DNA of 64,000 bases from Macrostomum lignano (lineage: Eukaryota). Position 1 is the stretch's first letter. The number at the start of each line of letters is the position of its first letter. A program made the translations under genes and the position numbers. The DNA lies in assembly GCA_002269645.1 (NCBI GenBank), contig NIVC01002463.1:62001-126000 (forward strand). The letters run 5' to 3'. This document shows positions 23,458-35,167 of the stretch, piece by piece. Under the pieces are notes generated by a model, which saw only the letters and a program-made list of their open reading frames with translations, was not told the origin of the DNA and made no database searches.

Positions 23458-26400
23458 ATGGACGCTGTGAAGTCGGCTATCGCTAGAATTCCCGAGGCGC
23501 CGGAACCGCTTGGCGAAGAGTTCTATGCTAAGCATATCAAGGGTTAGTAGTGCCTTTTGTTTCATTTGTGACCGGAAGTGAGAGGGTAGATGATTTTATT
23601 GACCGGAGTTTAGGTGGTTAGCGGTATAACTAAAAGTGAAATGCTTAGCATGACTCAATGACCGGAAGTGGAATGCTTTTCGGGATTCAATAACCGGAAG
23701 TGGAATGCTTAGCATGACTCAATGACCGGAAGTGGAATGCTTAGCGGGATTCAATAACCGGAAGTGGAATGCTTAGCGGGATTCAATGACCGGAAGTGGA
23801 ATGCTTAGCGGGATTCAATGACCGGAAGTGGAATGCTTAGCGGGATTCAATGACCGGAAGTGGAATGCTTAGTGGGATTCAATGACCGGAAGTGGAATAC
23901 TTAGCGGGATTCAATAACCGGAAGTGGAATGCTTAGCGTGACTCAATGACCGGAAGTGGAATGCTTAGCGGGATTCAATGCCGGAAGTGGAATGCTTAGT
24001 GGGATTCAATGACCGGAAGTGGAATGCTTAGCGGGATTCAATGACCGGAAGTGGAATGCTTAGCGGGATTCAATGACCGGAAGTGAAATGCTTAGCGAGA
24101 TTCAATGACCGGAAGTGAAATGCTTAGTGGGATTCAATGACCGGAAGTGAAATGCTTAGCGAGATTCAATGACCGGAAGTGAAATGCTTAGTGGGATTCA
24201 ATGACCGGAAGTGAAATGCTTAGCGAGATTCAATGACCGGAAGTGAAATGCTTAGTGGGATTCAATGACCGGAAGTGGAATGCTTAGCGTGACTCAATGA
24301 CTGGAAGTGGAATGCTTAGTGGGATTCAATGACCGGAAGTGGAATGCTTAGCGGGATTCAATGACCGGAAGTGGAATGCTTAGCGGGATTCAATGACCGG
24401 AAGTGAAATGCTTAGCGAGATTCAATGACCGGAAGTGGAATGCTTAGCGGGATTCAATGACCGGAAGTGGAATGCTTAGCGGGATTCAATACCGGAAGTG
24501 GAATGCTTAGCGTGACTCAATGACCGGAAGTGGAATGCTTAGCGGGATTCAATGACCGGAAGTGGAATGCTTAGCGGGATTCAATGACCGGAAGTGGAAT
24601 GCTTAGCGGGATTCAATGACCGGAAGTGGAATGCTTAGCGGGATTCAATGACCGGAAGTGGAATGCTTAGCGGGATTCAATGACCGGAAGCAGGAGTTGA
24701 TTCCTGGAAGAGGATTTGAGTTTTTAACCCGGCGAAGTAAAAAAAATCTCCCAACCCGAACGGATTCTCTCAGGCGGCACCCTTCGCGACTACCAGGTGT
24801 TCGGCGCCGACTGGCTTGGCGCCAAGTTTTCCTCCGGCCACGGCGCCATCCTGGCCGACGAGATGGGCCTGGGCAAAACTCTGCAGACGGTGGCGTTCCT
24901 GCTAGGCCTGCACGGCGGGCGGCGGCGAGGCGGCGTCAGCGGCCGCTCCCTGATCGTGTGTCCGCTGTCCGTGTTGAACAACTGGCGCGACGAGCTGGCC
25001 AAGTTTGCGCCGCAGCTCACCGTGCGGGTGTACACCGGCGACAAGGCCGAGAGGGAGTGCCTGCGGGCAGAGCTGCGGCGGGAGGACTGGACCCTGCTGC
25101 TGTCCACCTATGAGGTGGCCCGTTCGTTTTGGTGCTCTGCGGCCGGGTAGTTTTGTAGGATTTGGGGTAGTTTTGTAGGATCTGCGGTAGTTTTGTTTGA
25201 TCTGGAGTAGTTTTGTGGGATGTGGGGTACTTCTGTAGGATCTGGTGTAGTTTTATAGGATCTGGGGTAGTTCTGTAGGATCTGGGGTAGTTCTGTAGGA
25301 TCTGGGGTAGTTCTGTAGGATCTGGTGTAGTTTTATAGGATCTGGGGTAGTTCTGTAGGATCTGGGGTAGTTCTGTAGGATCTGGTGTAGTTTTATAGGA
25401 TCTGGGGTAGTTCTGTAGGATCTGGGGTAGTTCTGTAGGATCTGGGGTAGTTCTGTAGGATCTGGGGTAGTTTTGTAGGATCTGGTGTAGTTTTATAGGA
25501 TCTGGGGTAGTTCTGTAGGATCTGGTGTAGTTTTGTAGGATCTGGGGTAGTTTCGTAGGATCTGGTGTAGTTTTGTAGGATCTGGTGTAGTTTTGTGGGA
25601 TCTGGGGTAGTTCTGTAGGATCTGGGGTAGTTTTTTAGGATCTGGTGTAGTTTTGTAGGATCTGGGGTAGTTTGGTAGGATCTGGTGTAGTTTTGTAGGA
25701 TCTGGGGTAGTTTTTTTAGGATAGTTTTATGGGATGTGGGGTACTTCTGTAGGATCTGGGGTAGTTTTTTAGGATCTGGTGTAGTTTTGTAGGATCTGGT
25801 GTAGTTTTGTAGGATCTGGTGTAGTTTTGTAGAATCTGGTGTAGTTTTGTAGGATCTAAGGATATTTTTTGTAGGATCTGGTGTAGTTTTGTAGGATTTG
25901 GGGTAGTGTTTTAGGATCTGGGGTAGTTTTGTGGGATCTGGGGTAGTTTTGTGGGATCTGGGGTAGTTTTGTAGAATCTGGGGTAGTTTTGTAGGATCTG
26001 GGGTAGTTTTGTGGGATCTGGGGTAGTTCTGTAGGATCTGGTGTAGTTTTATAGGATCTGGGGTAGTTTTGTAGGATCTGGGGTAGTTTTGTGGGATCTG
26101 GTGTAGTTTTGTGGGATCTGGGTAGCTCATGAACTGAGTTTTGGGAAGCTGACCCACCAACTAAAGATATGGAAATTGGTGGTGATGAGGAACTGGGAGG
26201 CTGGCGGTGATGAGGATCGATAACGCCAGTCTCGCCCTCAAACCAAATGTTTCAGCTGTGCCTCAAGGACGAAGAGTTTTTCGCCAAATTTTCATTCGAC
26301 GCCATGGTTGTAGACGAGGGTCATCGATTAAAGAATTCGAACTCGCAGCTGCACCAGGCACTGCGGGCTGTGAGTGACTCTTCAGTGTCATTTATCAACT

Positions 26401-29400
26401 AGCGTTTTGTAGCCTTCCTAAACTCCCTGCCACCCCCGGGAAAACCCCGCCATTTCCAGCTCAATGTCAGCTGCCGCTTCATCCTGACCGGCACGCCGAT
26501 TCAGAACAACCTGGACGAGCTGTTCACCTTGTTGAGCTTCGTTGCGCCCAAGGTTTTTCGGCTCAAGTTGAAGGACCAGTTCATTGCCGAGCTCACCGAT
26601 TTGGTGTCCTCTAATGATAGTAAGAACTTCCTATGGAGTTGACCTTGATAGACAGGTTGTTACCTGTGTGTGTGGCCTGAGCTCCTTCAAGCCAGGTGTG
26701 GAAATGGCAGGTTGTTACCTGTGTGTGTGGCCTGAGCTCCTTCAAGCCAGGTGTGGAAATGGCAGGTTGTTACCTGTGTGTGTGGCCTGAGCTCCTTCAA
26801 GCCAGGTGTGAAAATGGCAGGTTGTTACCTGTGTGTGTGGCCTGAGCTCCTTCAAGCCAGGTGTGAAAATGGCAGGTTGTTACCTGTGTGTGGCCTGAGC
26901 TCCTTCAAGCCAGGTGTGGAAATGGCAGCTTGTGCCTGTGTGTGGCCTGAGCTCCTTCAAGCCAGGTGTGGAAATGGCAGGTTGTTACCTGTGTGTGGCC
27001 TGAGCTCCTTCAAGCCAGGTGTGGAAATGGCAGGTTGTTACCTGTGTGTGTGGCCTGAGCTCCTTCAAGCCAGGTGTGGAAATGGCAGGTTGTTACCTGT
27101 GTGTGTGGCCTGAGCTCCTTCAAGCCAGGTGTGAAAATGGCAGGTTGTTACCTGTGTGTGTGGCCTGAGCTCCTTCAAGCCAGGTGTGGAAATGGCAGGT
27201 TGTTACCTGTGTGTGTGGCCTGAGCTCCTTCAAGCCAGGTGTGGAAATGGCAGGTTGTTACCTGTGTGTGTGGCCTGAGCTCCTTCAAGCCAGGTGTGAA
27301 AATGGCAGGTTGTTACCTGTGTGTGTGGCCTGAGCTCCTTCAAGCCAGGTGTGAAAATGGCAGGTTGTTACCTGTGTGTGGCCTGAGCTCCTTCAAGCCA
27401 GGTGTGGAAATGGCAGCTTGTGCCTGTGTGTGGCCTGAGCTCCTTCAAGCCAGGTGTGGAAATGGCAGGTTGTTACCTGTGTGTGGCCTGAGCTCCTTCA
27501 AGCCAGGTGTGGAAATGGCAGGTTGTTACCTGTGTGTGGCCTGAGCTCCTTCAAGCCAGGTGTGGAAATGGCAGGTTGTTACCTGTGTGTGTGGCCTGAG
27601 CTCCTTCAAGCCAGGTGTGGAAATGGCAGGTTGTTACCTGTGTGTGTGGCCTGAGCTCCTTCAAGCCAGGTGTGAAAATGGCAGGTTGTTACCTGTGTGT
27701 GTGGCCTGAGCTCCTTCAAGCCAGGTGTGAAAATGGCAGGTTGTTACCTGTGTGTGGCCTGAGCTCCTTCAAGCCAGGTGTGGAAATGGCAGCTTGTGCC
27801 TGTGTGTGGCCTGAGCTCCTTCAAGCCAGGTGTGGAAATGGCAGGTTGTTACCTGTGTGTGGCCTGAGCTCCTTCAAGCCAGGTGTGGAAATGGCAGCTT
27901 GTGCCTGTGTGTGGCCTGAGCTCCTTCAAGCCAGGTGTGGAAATGGCAGGTTGTTACCTGTGTGTGGCCTGAGCTCCTTCAAGCCAGGTGTGGAAATGGC
28001 AGCTTGTGCCTGTGTGTGGCCTGAGCTCCTTCAAGCCAGGTGTGGAAATGGCAGGTTGTTACCTGTGTGTGGCCTGAGCTCCTTCAAGCCAGGTGTGGAA
28101 ATGGCAGGTTGTTACCTGTGTGTGGCCTGAGCTCCTTCAAGCCAGGTGTGGAAATGGCAGCTTGTGCCTGTGTGTGGCCTGAGCTCCTTCAAGCCAGGTG
28201 TGGAAATGGCAGGTTGTTAACAGTTTACACGCAACCTACCGCAGATTCCGGGGCTCTCTACGAGATTCTGAAACCGTTCCTGCTGCGCCGCATCAAAGAG
28301 GACGTGCTGAAAAGTTTGCCAAAAAAAGTTGAGGTCATTTTGTATCACGGACTTACCGCTCTGCAGAAGAAATACTACAAGGCTATCTTGACTAAAAACA
28401 TTGGTAATACTTGACCTGAGACTTTGACCCGAGTTGACTTTAGCTGGTCTGTTTGACCCGAGTTGACCTTAGTTAGTTTATTTGACCAGAGTTGCACTTA
28501 GCTTGTTTATTTGACCCCAGCTGACCTTACATCTTTCTTTGACCTTACAGGGTTTCTTTAACCCCAGCTGACCTTACAGGGTTTCTTTGACCCCAACTGA
28601 CCTTACAGGGTTTCTTTGACCCCAACTGACCTTACAGGGTTTCTTTGACCCCAACTGACCTTACAGGGTTTCTTTGACCCCAACTGATCTTACAGGGTTT
28701 CTTTGACCCCAGCTGACCTTACAGGGTTTCTTTGACCCGAGCTGACCTTAGAGAGGTTCATTTATTGAACTCAGCGACCTTCATTCGCCTTGCAGACGCA
28801 TTCGACACTGCAACCGGCAACAAGACCCGCCTGCTGAATATTCAGATGCAGCTGCGCAAGTGCATCAATCATCCCTACCTGTTCGATGGTGAGCTGAGCT
28901 TGCCTGCTGTAACTTTTCTGTTTGTAGACTGACTTTAGCACTGGGGCTAGGAAGTCTGAAAGTTGCATTCCCAGATCCCCAGGCTGAGTCCCTACTGTCC
29001 CAGATCCCCAGGCTGAGCCCCTACTGTCCCAGATCCTCAGGCTGAGTCCCTACTGTCCCAGATCCTCAGGCTGAGTCCCTACTGTCCCAGATCCCCAGGC
29101 TGAGTCCCTAATGTCCCAGATCCTCAGGCTGAGCCCCTACTGTCCCAGATCCCCAGGCTGAGCCCCTACTGTCCCAGATCCTCAGGCTGAGTCCTTACTG
29201 TCCCAGATCCCCAGGCTGAGTCCCTACTGTCCCAGATCTCCAGGCTGAGTCCCTACTGTCCCAGATCTCCAGGCTGAGCCCCTACTGTCCCAGATCCTCA
29301 GGCTGAGTCCCTAATGTCCCAGATCCTCAGGCTGAGTCCCTACTGTCCCAGATCTCCAGGCTGAGCCCCTACTGTCCCAGATCCTCAGGCTGAGTCCCTA

Positions 29401-32400
29401 ATGTCCCAGATCCTCAGGCTGAGTCCCTACTGTCCCAGATCCTCAGGATGAGCCCCTACTGTCCCAGCTCCCACAATCCCCGCCCCGCAGGTGTCGAGCC
29501 GGAGCCATTCCAGCCAGGCGAGCACCTGGTAACTGCCAGCGCCAAGCTGATCCTGATTGATCGCCTGCTGAAATACCTGAAGGCCAACGGGCACAAGGTG
29601 CTGATGTTCTCGCAGATGACTCACATGCTGGACATTCTGCAGGACTATCTCACTTACAGAGGTTTGTCATTTGCTGCGTTTTGGATGGCTTGTGGTTGAT
29701 ACGATCTCCCATTCTGCTGACTCCTGAGCAGAGTGCACACGCTCACACGGAGTGTACAGGGGCCCTGACTTTCTAACCGTCAGGCATGTACATCTCTGTG
29801 CTTCGGGGCTGGCCCGCATCGCTGTGAATCGCATGGCAGCCCCCCCCCCCAGCCAATTAACTTTATCGGGTAGCAACAATTTCCATGAATCTGTCACCGC
29901 ACACCCAGGCTTCACGTACGAACGGCTTGACGGCTCCGTCAGAGGCGAGGAGCGCTTCCTGGCCGTGAAGAACTTCAACCAGACCGCCGAGACGTTCGTG
30001 TTCCTGCTCAGCACCCGGGCCGGCGGGGTCGGCCTGAATCTGGTCAGCGCGGACACCGTGATCTTCGTTGACAGCGACTTCAATCCGCAGAATGACCTGC
30101 AGGCCGCCGCGAGGGTGCACCGCATTGGCCAGACCAGGTGCACAGTTGGTTGTGGATTGGCTCTTTTAATAATCCTTTGTTGCTGGGGGAACCTTTGCCG
30201 CGTCACACTAAGTGTTTGATAAATGCTTAGTATCTGTATATTAGCCCTTAGTATCTTGCTTGTTGCTGAGGTCTTCGTTACTATGGATTTGATTGGAGTC
30301 GTTGCTAAGGGCTTGGTTGCTATGTGATGCATTGTGGGTTGTTTCTAGGGCTTTGGTTGCTATGCGATTCATTGTGGGTTGTAGCTAGGGCCTTGGTTGC
30401 TATGCGATTCATTGTGGGTTGTAGCTAAGGGCTTGGTTGCTATGCGATTGATTGTGGGTTGTAGCTAGGGCCTTGGTTGCTATGCGATTCATTGTGAATT
30501 GTTGCTAGGGCCTTGGTTGCTATGCGATTCATTGTGGGTTGTAGCTAGGGCCTTGGTTGCTATGCGATTCATTGTGGGTTGTAGCTAGGGCCTTGGTTGC
30601 TATGCGATTCATTGTGGGTTGTAGCTAGGGCCTTGGTTGCTATGCGATTAATTGTGGGTTGTAGCTAGGGCCTTGGTTGCTATGCGATTCATTGTGGGTT
30701 GTAGCTAAGGCCTTGGTTGCTATGCGATTTATTGTAGGTTGTAGCTAGGGCCTTGGTTGCTATGCGATTCATTGTGGGTTGTAGCTAGGGCCTTGGTTGC
30801 TATGCGATTCATTGTGGGTTGTAGCTAGGGCCTTGGTTGCTATGCGATTCATTGTGGGTTGTAGCTAGGGCCTTGGTTGCTATGCGATTCATTGTGGGTT
30901 GTAGCTAGGGCCTTGGTTGCTATGCGATTCATTGTGGGTTGTAGCTAGGGCCTTGGTTGCTATGCGATTCATTGTGGGTTGTAGCTAAGGGCTTGGTTGC
31001 TATGCGATTTATTGTGGGTTGTAGCTAGGGCCTTGGTTGCTATGCGATTCATTGTGGGTTGTAGCTAGGGCCTTGGTTGCTATGCGATTCATTGTGGGTT
31101 GTAGCTAAGGGCTTGGTTGCTATGCGATTTATTGTGGGTTGTAGCTAGGGCCTTGGTTGCTATGCGATTCATTGTGGGTTGTAGCTAGGGCCTTAGTTGC
31201 TAAATGAGATTCATTGTGGGTCGTTGCTAGGGCCTTAGTTGCTAAATGCGATTCATTGTAGGTTGTTGCTAGGGGCTGGGTTGCTATGCGATTCATTGTG
31301 GGTTGTTGCTAAGGGGGTTAGTTGCTATGCGATTCAATGCAAGCTGTTGCCAAGGGCTTTTTGCTATGCAATCAACTATGTAATCAGGCCTGGCGCATTC
31401 GCACCTGCAGGAACGTGAAGATAATCCGGCTGGCCGGCAAGAACACCATCGAGGAGATCATCCTGCGGCGCGCGGAGACCAAGCTGGCCCTCACTAAGCA
31501 GGTCATCGGGCACGGCAAATTCTCCTTGGGATTTGACGATGCCGACAAGGCTAAAGAGGCTGATGCGTCGAAGCAGGTGGGAAAGCTGCATCTTCACTGA
31601 AGGAACAAGTCATTCTTCACTGATTCAGCGTCCTGGAATTTACAGAATACTAATTTTATCCTTTCCCTCAAATCCCCATTCCTCACGGAACTTATCTTTT
31701 GCAGGTCCAAATCCCCTATGATTCGAAACTTCCAATCCAAATTGATCACAGATCCCAACTGATCACAGATTCCAACTGATCACAGATCCCAATTGATCAC
31801 GGATCCCAACTGATCACAGATCCCAACTGATCACAGATCCCAATTGATCACAGATCCCAACTGATCACAGATCCCAACTGATCACAGATCCCAATTGATC
31901 ACGGATCCCCAATTGATCATAGATCCCAATTGATCACAGGTCCCAATTGATCACAGATCCCAATTGATCACAGATCCCAATCGATCCCAGATCCCAATAC
32001 CATAATTAACCAAGCGCTCCCGAATCCCCCGAACATGCCGCAGCTTCGCGAGATCATCAAATTCGGCCTATCAAAGCTGATGGACGACATCGAGGACGCG
32101 GACGCGGTGAGCAGCGTGGACTTTGGCGCCGTGCTCGGGCCAACAGAGCAACCGGGAGGTCGCTGGGTCTGGTCTGAGCCCACGGAACCGCCTGCGGCTG
32201 GTAAATCGGTCTCCGCATCGAATGCGGTGGCGTCAGCTACATCAGCAGCTGCTGCTGAAGAGGAGGCCGCGGCCACGCACATGTACATGTGGGAGGGCAA
32301 GGACTACAGCAGCGGCGCCGCCAACATCGACCAGCTGGAGGCCAAGGACGAGACGGCGCTGCAGGCTCTGCTGACCGACCTGCGGGTGAAGGAGACGGCA

Positions 32401-35124
32401 GAGGCGGGTGCTGGACGGGGGCTGCGGGGACAGGTGGGTCACGTGAAGGTCATAGGTTTGCTCACTTTGTATCGTACTCGTACAAGGTACCATTTATCAA
32501 TCACTCCATTTGTCACGAATCCCATTTCATCACAGTTTCCGTTTCTTCACAGATCCCATTTCATCACAGATCCCATTTCATCACAGATCCCCATTTCATC
32601 ACAGATCCCATTTCATCATAGATCCCATTTCATCACAGATCCCATTTCATCATAGATCCCATTTCATCATAGATCCCATTTCATCACAGATCCCATTTCA
32701 TCACAGATCCCATTTCATCATAGATCCCATTTCATCACAGATCCCATTTCATCACAGATCCCATTTCATCATAGATCCCATTTCATCACAGATCCCATTT
32801 CATCACAGATCCCAATTTCATCACAGATCCCATTTCATCAAAGATCCCATTTCATCACAGGTCCCGTTTCTTCACAGATCCCATTTCATCAAAGATCCCA
32901 TTTCATCACAGGTCCCGTTTCTTCACCGATCCCATTTTTCACCGATCCCATTTTTCACCGATCCCATTTTTCACCGATCCCATTTCATCACAGATCCCAT
33001 TTCATTACAGATCCCATTTCATCACAGATCCCATTTCATCACAGATCCCATTTCATCAAAGATCCCATTTCATCACGGATCCCATTTCATCACAGATCCC
33101 ATTTCATCACAGATCCCATTTCATCACAGATCCCATTTCATCACAGATCCCATTTCATCACGGATCCCATTTCATCACAGATCCCATTTCATCACAGATC
33201 CCATTTCATCACAGATCCCATTTCTTCACAGATCCCATTTTCACCGATCCCATTTTTCACCGATCCCATTTTGTCACAGATCCCATTTACAAAGCCAGCC
33301 GTTTTACAGCTCATGAACAGCTCTACTACTCTTAGTCAGTAGTTGGTGTCGCTCCCATTCATTCTCCAGCAGGCCAGCGGCGCCCTGACGCAGCTGCCAG
33401 ACGCCGCTTCATCGCGTCGGCAGGCGCGGCGCCCGCTGACGGAGGCCGAGAAAGTGGAGCGTCGGGCCAAACGAGAGGCGGCTGCCGCGGCCCGCGCCGC
33501 CGAGGCGGAGGCGGCGGTGCGACGCCGGGAGGAGCGCCGTGCGGCGGAGTGGCGCGCGGCCGGCTACACGTCGCATTCGGTTGCCATGGCAACGGACAGC
33601 AGCGACGAAGAGGCGGCCGACGATGAACCGAGAGGCGTCGGCGACATCGGCGAGGACAACGGTCTCGGGCTGAACTACGTCATCGGGGACGTCGCCGAGC
33701 CGCAGGAGGGCCTGGAGGCCGGCGCCGCCATCGTCTGCCAGTCGGTCGACGACGCCGGGCGCTGGGGCTCCGGCGGCGTCTTCGCCGCGCTGGACGCCGC
33801 CTGGCCGAAGTCGGGCGTCGGCGCCGCCTACGAAGCGGCCAGCCGGTTGGGCGACCTGCGGCTGGGCGATTTACACCTGCTGCCGCTGGGCAAGCGGCAC
33901 GGTGGCGAGATCTACTGCGGCCTGCTGGTGTGCCAGGTGAGCCCGCCGCTGATATACACTCAGCGACATTGAAAAGTGTCCACGTCTGCACACAAGGCTA
34001 CACTAGCTGAACGATTAGGCATTGAAAGGTTTCAACTATGTTTGGGCCATAGACAATCAAAACAAGGCAACAAAGAATGAACAGCGAAACAAGTCCATGC
34101 CCATTTCCACGATGTGTACATGTCTGAAGCACAGTCAGTTACAGGTATAGATGGCAACCACGAGCGTCTAACAGACCGCTCACTCGTCGAGGTATTCCCG
34201 AGCAAGGCGCCGCAGAAAGTCTTGTGTAAGCTGTTGCCACGCGACTGAAAGCGCATTGCGCAGCTGGACAATGTTCTGGGGGGGATAGAGATTGTTACAA
34301 CTAATCGTGCGCTTCAGGAAATCCCACACGTGCTCAATCGGGTTCATATCCGGTGATCTGGACGGCCAACGCAAAGTGCGCCAATCAGTCATTTGGCGGA
34401 CTATCATTGTCGCCTGCATCCAGATGCCTCCAGTAAACTCCTGTACACTTATTACTGTAACGCTTTTCCCTGTGACACCAGATATCGGTCTTTACTTTCC
34501 TGCTCTTTTTTGCTCATTTGTCTATGGCCCAAAACCAATTGGCGAAACCATCGATCGTGCTGCCCATGGACCCTTGGCGCAAGGGCGGGCACTTTCAAAT
34601 GTTGCTGAGTGTACGTGCAGTTTTTTATAACGGGTATCCCAAAAAAAAGGTAACACTTTGTGCGCTCACTGTGAGTGAGCAGTTAGGCCTATAGCACAGT
34701 AATTTAACAGGTCCACAGTAAACATTTGTAAGTTTTTCCCACAAACATTTGGTTGCGAAAAATTGCTCCAGAGGCGAGCGAGTTATTAAGCACAGAAGTG
34801 TACGCTAGCTTTTCTGCCAAGCTTTGCCATACACAGCTGCCATAGACAATCTTCATGAGACCCGTACCCTTTGCCACAGGTGGCTGAAGCTGGCCTTCCT
34901 CATCCAGCTTCGTCTGGTCATGACTGAGCAGACTTGGCCTAGACAGCAAAATTATAAGTGATATTTTTCCGCGGGCAAAATTGATTGCAGTTTTGGCAAA
35001 CTACGAGGAAAACTCGTAATGTATAAATAATCCTAGGAATATGAAAAAAAAATAAATTATTTAAGATTTTTGTTCCTGGGTAGTATATATTATATTAGTA
35101 GTAGTAATAGTATTAGTAGTAGTG

Positions 35125-35167
<43 letters not shown>

